Assembly: GCF_009914755.1 (NCBI RefSeq)
Contig: NC_060947.1
Source: the human T2T-CHM13v2.0 reference genome, Homo sapiens
Strand: one strand, 5' to 3'
DNA: 64,000 nt
In this document: piece after piece, positions 29,481-42,740 of the stretch
Layout: each line of letters starts with the position of its first letter
Numbering within the stretch: position 1 is the stretch's first letter
Notes under the pieces: model-generated
What the model was told of the DNA's origin: nothing
Seen by the model: the letters and a program-made list of their open reading frames with translations, nothing else
Databases searched by the model: none
Made by a program: the position numbers and the translations under genes

Positions 29481-31753
29481 GGCGGGCAACGATAAAAACC
29501 ACATGATTATCTCAATAGATGCACAAAAGACCTTCAACAAAATTCAACAGCACTTCATGCTAAAAAGTATGAATAAACTAGGTATTGATGGAATGTATCT
29601 CAAAATAATAAGAGCTATTTATGACAAACCCACACCCAATATCATACTGAATAGGCAAAAACTAGAAGAATTCCCTTTGAAAACTGGCACAAGACAAGGA
29701 TGACCTCTCTTGTCACTCCCATTTGACATAGTATTAGAAGTTCTGACCAGGGCAATCAGGCAAGAGAAAGAAATAAAAGGTATTCAAATAGGAAAAGAGG
29801 AAGTCAAATTGTCTCTGTTTGCAGATGACATGATTGTATATTTAGAAAACCCCATCATCTCAGCCCAAAATCTCCTTAAGCTGATAAGCAACTTCAGCAA
29901 AGTCTCAGGATACAAAATCAATGTGCAAAAATCACAAGCTTTCCTATACACCAATAACACAGTGAGACAAATCATGAGTGAACTCCAATTTGCAATTGCT
30001 ACAAAGAGAATAAAATTCCTAGGAATACAACTTACAAGGGATTTGAAGGACCTCTTCAAGGAGAACGACAAACCACTGCTCAATGAAATAAGAGAGGACA
30101 CAAACAAATGGAAAAACATTCCAGGCTCATGAAAGGGAAGAATCAATATCGTGAAAATGGCTATACTGCCCAAAGTAATTTATAGATTCAATGCTATCCC
30201 CATCATGCTACCATTACCTTTCTTCACAGAATTGGAAAAATCTACTTTAAATTTCACATGGAAGCAAAAAAGGGCCCACCTTGCCAAGACAATCCTAAGC
30301 AAAAAGAACAAAGCTGGAGACATCACGCTACCTGACTTCAAACTATACTACAAGGCTATAGTAACCAAAACAGCATGTTACTGGTAACAAAACAGATACG
30401 TAGACCAATGGAATGGAACAGAGGCCTCAGAAATGACACCACACATCTACAATCATCTGACAAACCTGAGAAAAACAAGCAATGGGGAAAGGATTCCCTA
30501 TTTAATAAATGGTGTTGGGAAAACTGGCTAGCCATATGCAGAAAGCTGAAACTGAATCTCTTCCTTACACCTTATACAAAAATTAACTCAAGATGGATTA
30601 AAGGCTTACATGTAAGACCTAAAACCATAAAAACCCTAAAAGAAAACCTAGGCAATACCATACAGGACATAGGCATGGGCAAAGACTTCATGACTAAAAC
30701 ACCAAAAGCAATGGGACCAAATCCAAAATTGACAAATGAGATCTAATTAAACTAAAGAGCTTCTGCACAGCAAAAAGAAACTATCATCAGAGGGAACAGG
30801 AAACCTACAGAATGGGAGAAAATTTTTGCAATCTATCCAGCTGACAAAGGACTAATACCCAGAATCTACAAGGAGCTTAAACAAATTTACAAGAAAAAAA
30901 CAAACCACCCCATTAAAATGTGAGTGAAGGATTTGAACAGGCACTTCTCAAAAGAAGACTTTTATGCAGCCAACAAACATGAGACAGTGCTCATCATCAC
31001 TGGTCATTAGAGAAATGCAAACCAAAACCACAATGAGATACCATCTCACACCAGTTAGAATGGCGATCATTAAAAAGTCAGGAAACAACAGATACTGGAG
31101 AGGATGTGGAGAAATAGGAGCACTTTTACACTGTTTGTGGGAGTATAAATTAGTTCAACCATTGTGGAAGACAGTGTGGTGATTCCTCAAGGATCTAGAA
31201 CTAGAAATACCATTTGAGCAAGCAATCCCATTACGGGGTATATACCCAAAGGGTTATAAATCATTCTACTATAAAGACACATGCACACATATGTTTATTG
31301 CAGCACTGTCACCATAGCAAAGACTTGGCACCAACCCAAATGCCCATCAATGATAGACTGGATAAAGAAAATGTGGCACATATACACCATGGAATACTAT
31401 GCAGCCATAAAAAAGGATGAGTTCATGTCCTTTGTAGGGACATGGATGAAGCTGGAAACCATAATTCTCAGCAAACTAACACAGGAACAGAAAACCAAAC
31501 ACCACATGTTTTCACTCATAAGTGGGAGTTGAACAATGAGAACACATGGACACAGGGAGGGGAACATCACACACCAGAGCCTGTCAGGGGGTGGGGGGCT
31601 GGGGGAGAGATAGCATTAAGAGAAAAACCTAATGTAGATTATGGGTTGGTGAATGCAGCAAACCACCATGGCACATGCATACCTATGTAACAAACCTGCA
31701 CATTCTGCACATGTACCCCAGAACTTAAAGTATAATTTTAAAAAGTATTAAAA
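29481..31753 (+). mobile_element. 5'-truncated L1PA (about L1PA6-7): RT domain to poly(A), ORF2 disrupted
   Basis: ORF pieces [39 protein letters not shown]; TSD aaagcataata at 29468-29478 and 31754-31764. Confidence 0.96.
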
Positions 31754-32561
31754 AAAGCATAATATTAAGTTAAACCACATGAGATTGCTGGGTTTTTCAT
31801 TCAATATATGTTTTTACCTTATGAATGTAAAGAAAAAATAAGTGACATTTTGGACGTGCATAATATGTAGGGAAAAGACATTTAGAATATAAAATCTTGA
31901 TTTTGAGTATCATAAGACAAGTCCTTGGAGGAACTGATATAAAAAAATGGGCTTAAACATCAGATTTTGAAGAAATCACAATAGTATAAGTGAGCTTTAT
32001 TGTTTCAGAAAATATTACTTTCAATTGAGAAAAGAAGTAGAAAGGAAGTTCATTCTTTTTTTAGTTAGTAAGTATCCTTGACAAAAGGTGCTATGCTCTT
32101 CCACTCTTCAGATGATGGGATGATAGAGGAGCATTAGAAATTACCAACCAAACTGTGAAATTTTATGGTAGAATAAAACTGGGTCTTATTTTTAAGTAAA
32201 GCCTATGAGAGTTGTCAAGTCACATAGTGTATCCTGGTGCACAGCAGAACAAAAAATAAACAAAGTAGAAATATGTTGTTGGCTTTGTTTAGGATGAGAT
32301 GGCTTGAGAAAAAAAATTGTCCTGAATCTGCAAAATGAATATCTAGTATTTCATGTGTTATACAGCAGAAGTGTGGAAATTACTTTAAAAAGGAGAAAGA
32401 AAAAGAATATATTTGCAGATATATTCAAGTATTTTACTGGAGATGTGAGAAAAACATGGGGTTCCAGGAAACATTTCCATAAAAATAGTTGACTGTACAT
32501 AATTATTTATTCCAGTCTGCTAAATGTCACTATTGATGTCTTAATATTTTGTTAGAATTCT

Positions 32562-33095
32562 TAAAATTTTTATGGATTCTAAGATTCCCTTTTTTTCACA
32601 TTTTTACATATCTAAACTTTGGATGTATCTTACAATCAAAGACATTTTACAATTGTTTTTCAAGTGGCAACTCTAATACAGTAGTCATTTCCTGAACTTG
32701 TGATCACATCAGAAGGATTAGCATCACCAACATGTGCAGAGTAGATGTCAGAGGCTGAGAGCCCATAGTGGAGTGTTTAGTTTAACCCCTATGAGACAAA
32801 GGATTGTAGGAAGAGAGTAGAAGAGTTGGTGCATCACATGTGTTTAACATTTCTAAAGTGAGAATCAAAGTGATCTAACTGCACATAATTTCAAAGCTAG
32901 CATAACAGCCCAACATTAATTAATGTGGTTATTTTATAAATTCTTCTAAGAAATGTTGCATTAACCAAACACTTGATAGCAAAAATATTATATTAAAAAA
33001 CATAGATTTTGATGACTCCAGGATGAAATGTTAATGAGAAGAGTGGTACCGTGTGATATAAAGTATCTTTAGAATTACTATAATCAAAATATTAA
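32562..33095 (+). mobile_element. Kanga/MER104-like TcMar-Tc2 DNA transposon remnant
   Basis: gattctaagattccctttttttcacattttt...ggatgtatcttacaatc resembles the MER104/Kanga terminus; taagaaatgttgcatt resembles a transposase tail. Confidence 0.5.
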
Positions 33096-33104
33096 TTTTC
33101 TAAC

Positions 33105-33518
33105 TCTAAAGGCACATGCCCACATATGTTCATCATAGCACTTTTCACTATAGCAAAAATATGGAATCAACCTAAATGCTTATCAATGGTAGACTGAATA
33201 AAGAAAACGTGGTCCACATATGCCATGGAATACTATGCAGTCATAAGTAAGAATGAGATAATATCTTTTACAGCAGCGTGGATGGAGCTGGAGGCCATTA
33301 TTCTAAGTAAACTAACATACTAACAGAAAACAAATAACGTATTCTCTCACTTATAAGCAGAAACTAAACATTGAGTACATATGGACACAAATAATTGAGT
33401 ATATATGGACACAAAGAATGAAAGACACAGGGGCCTACTTGGGGGTTGAGGGTAAGCGGAGGATGAGGACTGAAAACCTGCTTACTGCGGACTACACTTA
33501 TTATCTGAGTGACAAAAA
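33105..33518 (+). mobile_element. L1PA15/16-like 3' fragment lacking its terminus
   Basis: ggaatactatgcag...ggatggagctggaggccattatt...gacacaggggcctacttg; ends abruptly at ctgagtgacaaaa. Confidence 0.8.
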
Positions 33519-33681
33519 CCTTTTGCCATCAGCTGAAGATTCCTGAGACCCTCACCAGAAGCAGATGCTGATGCCATGTTTTTTGTACAGCCTGCAGAGC
33601 CATAAGGCAAATAAATATCCTTTCTTTATAAATTACCCAGCCTCAGGTATTATTTCATAGCCATACAAATGGACCAAAGCA
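33519..33681 (+). mobile_element. MSTB-like LTR, 3' portion only
   Basis: ctcaccagaagcagatgctgatgccatg...gtacagcctgcagagccat...ataaattacccagcctcaggtatt. Confidence 0.8.
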
Positions 33682-35091
33682 AGAGGTGAATTGGTATAGT
33701 GGGCAAATTAAATGTGTGGAGAAGCCAAAAATCACCATTAAAACTGATGTGTGTGTATGTATGTATGTGTGTGTTTATATTTGTGTGTGTTTGATTAAAT
33801 GACTCAATTATGCTTCATAGAGTGTTTACATTTTCAGTTCTTTTTCATTTCTCACTTAGGAATATATAAAACTGACTTTAGTCTCATAAGTAATGTTCAA
33901 TCATTGCTCATTGTGTAGATAAACTGTGAATGTCCTGATGAAAGTGAAGTCTTTGTTTACATGTATCCTTCTACCCTTTCTGAAAAACAATATGGAAGAT
34001 GTATGAACTTCTATAATTTCCACAGGACCCTACATGTAGTAAGCACTGGAAAATTATTTGTTGAATAGCAAAGTGTATTTCTAAATTAAAGTTTCTTTTG
34101 AGCAGTTAGGTTTTTTGGATAACTCTTTCAATTTTTCATTCACCTGGAATGTAAGACATTCACAATATTTTGCATTAATAACCTCATATGCTGGGTTCAT
34201 ACATAGAATATAGCTATTCTTCTTTATTCTTTAGTATCTGTGAAATCTTTTTATTGGAATGAGGTGGACTCACTAATCGATTTCAGAGAGGTGGGGGTTT
34301 TTATTCTACTAGAAACTTTCTTTAAGACAGCACTTTTCTCGGGACAGTTGTTTTATTATTTATTTGGCAACACTTAAATGGTATTACTATGTAAATATTA
34401 ATAAAATCTCATCACTGTGTTTTGGTTTGAAGTGAATGAGTGAATATTAATGTAATAACTGAGGTTTATAAAATAATTGGGGACATTTTTATGTAATTAC
34501 ACTAACTGCAAACACCAAATAAGATTAAACTTCATTACTACACCCTAGGGGTTAGTTCCAGATGGGGCACATAAAACTGAGACCACTGTTTTCACTGCTT
34601 TGGGGAATCGGGATTAAAGTATACAACATTTGGCGAACATGTCTTACAGCTTATGTGTTTTAAATTACTGAATGATTTCCAAAAGAAACTAAGATACTAG
34701 AACTAAATTTTGATCTTATTGGTGAACGGTAAAATAGCATTTAATGGGCAGAATGTCATAACTAATAAGTCATATGATTGTTGTGGCATTAGTATGGGAA
34801 TCTTAGATAATATTTCCTGTTAAATGATAGTGAAATATCTATTGCTGTGCAGTGTATTTTAGAATTAATTTTACCTAAACTCTTACTAATCCACTATCCT
34901 TTTCAAGACCCCACCCCTGCACCAGATTTCATACAGCATGATATGCGCATTTAATTAGTGGAGCTGGTGTTGGAATGCAGGTATCTTTTGTGTTTCAGGA
35001 TATCCAAGTATCAAAGGAGCGATCTAGAACGTGAGTCCTCTGCATTTAAAATATAAATTAAAATAACTGTCAAACTAAAAATTTAGGAGCA

Positions 35092-35362
35092 GGCCAGGTG
35101 TGTAGTGACTGCTTCCTGTAATCCCAAAACTTTGGGAGGTCCACATGGGTAGATTGCTTGAGCCCAGGAGTGAAACCCCATCTCTATAAAAAATACAAAA
35201 ACTGTGCAGGCTTGGTGGCCCCTACCTGTAGTCCCAACTACTCAGGAGGCGGAGGTGGGAGGATCACTTGAGCCAGGGAGTTGGAGGTTGCAGTGAGTTG
35301 AGATCTCACCACTGCACTCCTGCCTGGGCAACAGAGCGAGACCCTGTCTCAAAATAAATAAA
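35092..35362 (+). mobile_element. AluJ with a small left-arm deletion
   Basis: gattgcttgagcccaggagt joined directly to gaaaccccatctct; A tail present. Confidence 0.9.
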
Positions 35363-36191
35363 GTTCAGTATAGGGCCATTGCTACTTAGCTGTTCATAAT
35401 AAAAATAATACATTCATTGTTGAAAATATAGATTTTTAAAAAAGTAAAATTAGCTATTTAATGTTTTAAATGTTGCTGCATTTATTTCAAGGTATAATGG
35501 AAGAATCAAAAATGGGTGCAAATAAAACGAAATGAATGAGAGTGTCTTAAAAATAAGTTCAGTCTTTGGTAGCACATGCATAATGCCAACCGAAAATACT
35601 GCAAAATCAGAGACAGAGAGAGGATAAAAAATAGTTAAATGATTTAGAGTTGGCATTTGGTAGCATGAGGATTACTTCTTTTCTTCCCTTTACTCTAGTG
35701 AACTACTACTCTGATATATCCAGGCACGGCCTGACATTTAGTTCAATTCTGAGTAAGTAAAGGAAAATGGAAAAAGAATAATTTGGTAGAAATGGTGAAA
35801 AGTTACACAGTATAAAGACAAAATCAGTAACAGTTTCTAAAGGTATTTACAGAAAATGTTACAGGCTTTTGGTAAAACACGCTTTACAAGTTAATGCTGT
35901 TATATATTTGTGTGTTTATTTATTTACTATCCCATATAATACAGCAAGGACTAAAGTATGGAAGCAACAGGAAGGTAAATTTAACTATGTCTATTAATTA
36001 GGAATTGCATTTAGCAGTTGTTAAGAGAGACCAATATATAGAGGGATAAAAATTAGAGTGGATGGCATTCTCTTTGTAAAAGATATTTGAAAACAGGCAA
36101 ACCAGTGCTAGTACATAGGCTTCATAAAATCATTTGGGCCAGTTTCTTTCAGCTCCAACACACAGTTTTCATCCTTTAATTTAGGGTACAA

Positions 36192-37381
36192 TGTGACCCT
36201 GCATGGGTGTGCCACCAGGACAGTTGCAGAGGACCATCAACTCAGAATGACCCTGTACTTGAGATTGAATGCACTGAGGTTGCTGGCTTAAAATTCTTAA
36301 TATTTTAACCTTTGTATTTATTTTTTTCTAAGTTAAGACTAATGGGATATTGGAGTATGTGCCCATATGTTGGAATATTGGCCTGTAAGCAATCATAGCT
36401 ATTGCCTTCTCCCTGGCTTCTGAGGACAACTTATCAGCCTCTCTTTCCCTGCCCTTGCCTCACTACTGTGCTGCTCTGTGCCCAGGTGGTGTATGGGATG
36501 CTGGGGATAGGCCCCAACATCTGGCCTTAAATTGGCCCCTAAGCTGGCCATAAATAAAATCTCTGCAGCACTGTGACATGTTCGTGATGGCCATGACGCC
36601 CACGATGAAGGTTGTGGGTTTCCTGGAATGAGAGCAAGGAACACCTAGCCCACCGAGGGTGGAAAACCACTTAAAGGCGTTCCTGAACCACAAACAATAG
36701 CATGAGCAATCTGTGCCTTAAGGACATGTTCCTGCTGCAGATAACTAGCCAGAGCCCATCCCTTTGTTGTGGCCTACACTTTGTTTCCCGTAAGGAATAC
36801 TTTTAGTTAATCTATACTTTATAGAAACAATGTTTATCACTGGCTTGCTGTCAATAAATATGTGTGTAAATCTCTGTTCGATGCTCTGAGCTCTGAAGGC
36901 TGCGAGTCCCCTGATTTCCCACTCCACACACTATATTTCTGTGTGTATGTGTCTTTAATTCCTCTAGCACCACGGGTTAGGGTCTCCACAACTGAGCTAG
37001 TCTCAGCAATGGCATGCATTGGTGGGGGAAGGCCCATGTTCTTCCATTGCCCTCCATCCCAGGTGGGGGGCTTAGTAAGAGTTTGGAAAATTTTGAGGTT
37101 GAGTTTGCACCCCATGGCATCTCAGGGAGAGAAAAAACAGCAACCATCTCAACACTAGGCTGACAGCTCAACAGGCAACTCACTGGGGACTTCTTGCCTC
37201 CTCACATACCAGGTTCCAATCACAACCAGCAGGGAGGTTGCAATCCTTTGGAAGTTGCTCATCTCCCATAAGTTAGGATGGTGGGTCCATGAAAAAGGAA
37301 GATTGACTTCCTCACCCTCAATCAGGGCTCTGCATTTTTGTTTTGTACTGGACCCTGAAAAAATTATGCAGCTACCCCTGA
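36192..37381 (+). mobile_element. MER115/Zaphod-like hAT-Tip100 element interrupted by MER9
   Basis: gcatgggtgtgccacc...ttaaaattcttaata at the left; gggctctgcatttttgttttgtactggaccctg...aattatgcagctacccctg at the right (MER91/MER115-type ends). Confidence 0.65.
36499..37008 (+). mobile_element. MER9 solo LTR (HERV-K HML-3)
   Basis: ctggccataaataaaatctctgcagcactgtgacatgttc...gagctagtctcagca; 6-bp TSD atggga / atggca. Confidence 0.92.
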
Positions 37382-38999
37382 TTTAGGCATTATGTTAACA
37401 AGGAAGAAGAAGAAACTGAATATTGCATAATCTACTAGCAGTCTCCAGTGCAACACAAAAAAAAAGATGTATAAAAATTACAGCTGTCTGAAAAGTAGTG
37501 AGATTTCTGGGGAAGTAGTAGTGAGTTTTGTGCTCACTGTATGCAAACAGAGCAACTGTAACTTATACAATTGTTGTACAGTCAAGATAAAAAACAATGA
37601 GAGGTTATAGTAGTTGAGCTCTAATATCCTTTTACTTCTGAGTTTCTATGATTTTAGGTGAGAAATATAAGGTTGGTAGATCTGATTAATTTTATCTCAA
37701 TTTGTCTTACAGATGTTGGAGTTGGATGTTATAGGACTTTGTATATTAGCTATATGATGTTTTAAAAAGTAATACATATATCAGTATAATATTAATTTCT
37801 TAATTCCAAGAAATGTGCTTCAATAAAAAGACCCCTATTGTTACTTACATGTGAAAAAAATATGTACAGATTTCCATGTATTATCCAAGAATAAGGAAAT
37901 AATTATCTAAATATTTGTTTAAATATTGTATAAAATATTGAGTATTATTAAAATATTTATATATATAAATATTCATTATATTTAGTTTGACATAGCTCCA
38001 TATAGTCAGAATGTCTCACATCCTTCCAATCTTATTAACTTAAATGCCTCAAAAGTTAAGTGTACTTTATGATTCTCCTATGTGATCCATCTATTAGAAC
38101 AATCTAAATTCTATTTATATAAGTAAAAGCGTGTGTAACATATCATTTAATTTCAAGTCTATAGTCTTAAGAGTAAAGAGAGGTTGGGATTGTGGGGTTG
38201 CTCAACAGTATTCTCTCATTAAACTTCTCAGATGTCAAAGTAAAGTAAAAGGTTATGTTAAACTACTCATTATTCATAAGTAGAATATAGTTATACACTG
38301 GGAAGTGTCTTTCTCTAGGTTAGAAAGTTTAACAGCATCTGCTCCCGGCTTGATAATGAACACTTTGTCAAGGCCAGAGAATAGTTTTTATATAATAACA
38401 GAAGAAAATCACTCTGCATTGGTCCTTGCAAACTATAATCAACACAAAATAGTTATAGAAATATGACTTACCTTTCATGCTTCTGTATGTATGATGTTTT
38501 AGGGGAATAAATCTTAGAAGAACATAGGAATATTTTGATTCCCATAAAGATCTTACTAAACAGTTTAACTGTATATTGTTATCAGATGGAATTTCTGTGA
38601 TTGCTATTCTATAACATAATTATATACCAGAACACCTGGATCCAAAAACAATTTTACATCTATTACCTAACTTTATGTAATGAAAGTGTGCAGAAATGAG
38701 TAGTAAAATTCTGCATAATATTCCTGTTTTTGATTGTCTTTTGCAATAGACCAGTTCCACACAATAGCAATTGACTAAAAAAATTGCCTTAGTGTGAGCA
38801 TAACCTGAGTACCATGGGCAGTTTCAGGCTAATTCAATAATAGCACGATAACAGCTATAATATAATTAAAAGGTAGAATTATAGAAACTTTATATGAATA
38901 TTCATGGCCTTTTAATGACAACTCTAGTTATCATTTTTTGTCTTAACAGACTGTCCTTGTTTTCTTTGATCTTCTTTTATGAACTCTTCTTGTTCTCAA

Positions 39000-39975
39000 A
39001 TTTTTTTATTGAAGTGTAACATACATTCGGAAAAGTGCATGAGTGATGACTATACAGCTCAATGAATGTTTAGAAAGTGAACACATCTGTGAAACAACCA
39101 TCCATGCCAAGAAATATGCACTACCCCAGGAGTCTCTCTCAACCTCCCTTCCAAACACTTTTCATCCCACACACAAGGGTAAGCATTATCCTGACTATCA
39201 TGGCCCTTTGATTTTTCCAACTTTTGAACTTTAAATACACAATCATGCAGTATGCACTCTTGTTTCTGGCTTTAATTAAATATTATATTGTTGAGATTCA
39301 TCCATGTTGCAGGATTTATTTTATTTTCATCATTGTATATTCTACTGTATGGGTATACTTTCATCTATATATCCAGTCTTTTTGTTGGACATTTCAATTG
39401 TATCTATTTTCTGTCAATTGTGAACAGTGCTGATGTAAAAATTCTTGTATATCACTTTTAGTACACATATGCATGTACATATATTGGGTTTAAACCTGGG
39501 AGTGGATTTGTTGTATTATAGGGTGTGCATGCACTCAACTTCAGTAGGCCTTACCCAGCATTTTTCCAAAGTCATTGTGTCACTTGACACTTTAAGCCAG
39601 CAGTATATGAGTGGTTCAGTTATTACTTCACATCCTCGACACCATTTGATATTATTATCTGTGTTTTTCATTTAACCAAGTAACAGTATCTCATTATAAT
39701 TCAAATTTTAGTTTCCCTAATGAGAACATCCTCATATATGTTTTTTGGCATTGGAGATTTTCTTTTGTGAAATATTATAATTTTGGCTCTCCCTTTTTTA
39801 TTTTTGTAAATTACATTTCTGTTATTTTCTTATTGATTTGTAGACAGTCATATATTTTGGATGTAAATATTTTGTCACATATGTGTATTGCAGTAGTCAC
39901 ATATATATCACATATTTGTATTGCAGTAGATTTGTCAGTAGTTTCATGGTGTTTTTGATTAATAAAATTCTTAAG
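39000..39975 (-). mobile_element. L1ME-type 3' end
   Basis: ttttattgaagtgtaacatacat...aaaagtgca...tacagctcaatgaat...gtgaacacatctgtg. Confidence 0.75.
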
Positions 39976-41219
39976 AAGAATTGTAAAGCACTGCTGGGTT
40001 TTGTAAAATTATAGAATAATTTTTTCCAGAGGAAAAAATGTGTTGCTCAGAACTCTTTTTCTCACTAGAAACCTTATTCTGTCAAAGCTTTCATTTTTAA
40101 TAATTTCTAGTTTTAATTTATTACAAACACATTATTATATTTCTTCTCTAAGACAGATAAATTGAAACAAAAGCTTTCTGACATAAAAACCAGGTAAGTA
40201 TCTTTTTAAATTTTTTTGGATTAACTGCCAATTTTACTAAGGCTCCTAATGATTTACCAATGAAATTAATCATAGTGGTGCATGGAGATAGTCCTCCTCC
40301 TTTTTTCAGTGACAATTGATGCTTGTACTATATTTATGCAGCAGCAACTGACAAGAAATATTCTAAAATTTTGTCTTCTGAGAATACATTTTAGATGCTC
40401 AGACTTAGTATATATGTCCTGGAGACAGTTTTATGGTAGGTTTTTTCTTTTTTGTTTTTGAAAAAATAAGAGGATTTTAAAATGTCACCATAGTAGGTAT
40501 ACTTATGTACATTATTAACAACTCATTCAAGTAAAGTTTAAAAATAAATAGAAGTTGGGCTTCAAGTTTCAATGTAATCACTAAGCGCTTGATTCTAACA
40601 AATCCTCACTTCACAAATACTAGCAAATAGAAGTTTAAGATGAACGACACGGTCTAACATTTGGGTTTTTTAATCTACATCTCACCAATTTAACTAATTT
40701 ACCTCGATTAAAAATATCAATTATTCAAATGTCAAGTAGAGGTAATCTAAAAGAACATTTAAAAATCTGAAAAGTATAACACAACTAAAGGCATCAATAC
40801 AATTAATTATAATGATAGGCTCAGTGATAATGAATAGTCAGGATCCAGTCCATGGACCAATTGCCTGGCCTTGACCTAGAAAATAAAAGTCTCTAGAGGT
40901 TGAACCATTCAGGGAGAGTAGTCGAGGGCCCTCCTGAATGGCATGTCAGGATGCCCAAGGACACCAAAATCCCTATAAAGGCTAAGTCTGGCTGTCTTAA
41001 TGCCAGAAATAAAATCCAACACATAAACTTTACCTATTTTCTCGTAAATGCTAGTTCTCTTACTGCACACCTTTTCTGATTTTGAATCCAAGCAATACAT
41101 CATATTTTCTGCAAAAATAAACATAGTACATTTAGAAAATATGTTAACATTTTAGCAAAAGATGGCAAACAACATTCAATAGTGATACAATAAATCACTA
41201 TTGAAACATACTCCATGTG

Positions 41220-41418
41220 AGAGGGGAACAACACACACTGGGGCTTATGTGGGGGTGGTGGTTGGGAGGAGGGAGAGAATCAGGAAAAATAACTAATGGG
41301 TACAAGAGCTAATCCCTGGGTGATGAAATAATCTGTACAACAAACCCCCATGACACAAGTATACCTATGTAACCAACCTGCACATACACCCCTGAACTTA
41401 AATAAAAGTTAAAAAGAA
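41220..41418 (+). mobile_element. Very short 5'-truncated L1PA (PA11-15-like) with perfect 17-bp TSD
   Basis: TSD gaaacatactccatgtg at 41203-41219 and 41419-41435; L1 3' terminus aacctgcacatacacccctgaacttaaataaaag. Confidence 0.93.
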
Positions 41419-41808
41419 GAAACATACTCCATGTGGCTTAGTTAGACATAGTAAACATTAAAGTAATAATTGAACAATTAGCCACCAAATTTGATTAATA
41501 TGAACAGCCATATCTTATACTTCAAGCTAAAAATGAAAAATAAAACTAGCAACTGGAAGCTTCACTAACTACTATCACTATATAAATACAGCCAGTATCT
41601 TTACAGATAATATGTGGAGAATATTAAAATTTTGGATACTTCTGTAACTTGCAATAGAGAGGAGGGCTAATAAAGTTTGGTTATTTTTTGCTTTTTCAGG
41701 TTACTGTCTACAGTGACCAAAATGTTCACATAAATGCCTACCTCTTGTTTAATATTGGCTACTTCTATTTGACTGCAAAGTAGTGTTTGACTAAATATTG
41801 TTGTAAGC

Positions 41809-41988
41809 TTGGATTGCCAGATAAAATACATGACTCCTGATTATATTTGAATCTTAAGTAAACAATAAATACTTTAACATAAATATATCCTATGTAATAT
41901 TGGGACATACTTATACAAAAAATTATTATTCATCTGAAATTTAAATTTATCTGTCCTGTGTTTTTATTTGCTAAATCTGGCAGCCCTA
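41809..41988. mobile_element. MER53 palindromic hAT MITE
   Basis: Terminal inverted repeats ggattgccagat / atctggcagccc; internal tgggacatacttatac. Confidence 0.85.
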
Positions 41989-42054
41989 TTTTAGCGGAGA
42001 TTTTCATTGGTCTATTCATGAGGATGATACATTGCAATGATTAGTAAAGGCAAA

Positions 42055-42290
42055 GTATAGGCAGAAAAAAAACATGGACTAGGATGTTAGCAGTTCTGAG
42101 TTTGTATCTAGTCTTAATCACTGTGATATTAGGCAAATTGTCTAACCTCCTAAACCTTCACTCCTAATCTATAAAATAAAGTTAATAGACTTTGCAATAT
42201 CTACCTCAAGTTCTTGTGGAGCACAAATAAGTTAATATATAAGAAACCTAAATTGAAAACTAAAGTGAAAAAACATCAATGAGTATAAGG
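42055..42290 (+). mobile_element. MIR
   Basis: ctgtgatattaggcaaattgtctaacctc...ctaatctataaaat matches the MIR core. Confidence 0.65.
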
Positions 42291-42597
42291 CACTACAGTC
42301 TCTTTTTGTAGTTCAGCTACTATGAACTATTTATGTTTTAATGAACCTAGAGTGAATATGTATCATGCTGTTTTTTGTAAAGATTCAATATTTGTCTTTT
42401 TGCTTAATTATATAGATATGTAGCCTAAATACCACTGAACAAATCTAATATTTTATTACATCAATATTTTGCCAAGTAAAATGCCTTTTCTTTCTTTTAC
42501 CACCAGCACCACTATCATTAGTACAGTGTCTTATTTTTGTCACTTTATCACACAATATCTTATGCCACCTAAACAAAACAGTTACCATAATTTTGAT

Positions 42598-42740
42598 CTA
42601 CATACATACATATTTACATATACAAATGTGTGCATATAATATCTACATGTGTGCATTTATACACATACATACATATATGTGCATCTTTATGTGCACATAT
42701 ACATACATGTGCATATATACACACATATATATATGTGTGT
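42598..42740. repeat. (CATA)/(TATG)-type low-complexity tract
   Basis: Directly visible. Confidence 0.85.

Larger units (their letters stand above)
35985..37455 (-). mobile_element. Old MLT1 (J/K-like) LTR in two pieces (about 35985-36190 and 37382-37455), split by MER115
   Basis: ttaggaattgcatttagcag at the left and gaatattg...tactagcagtctc at the right resemble MLT1 termini. Confidence 0.45.

Noticed and set aside
29503-31532. Series of reverse-transcriptase-like ORFs suggesting a retron or novel RT system
   Set aside because: Ordinary L1 ORF2 broken by stops and frameshifts, with L1 3'UTR and TSD.
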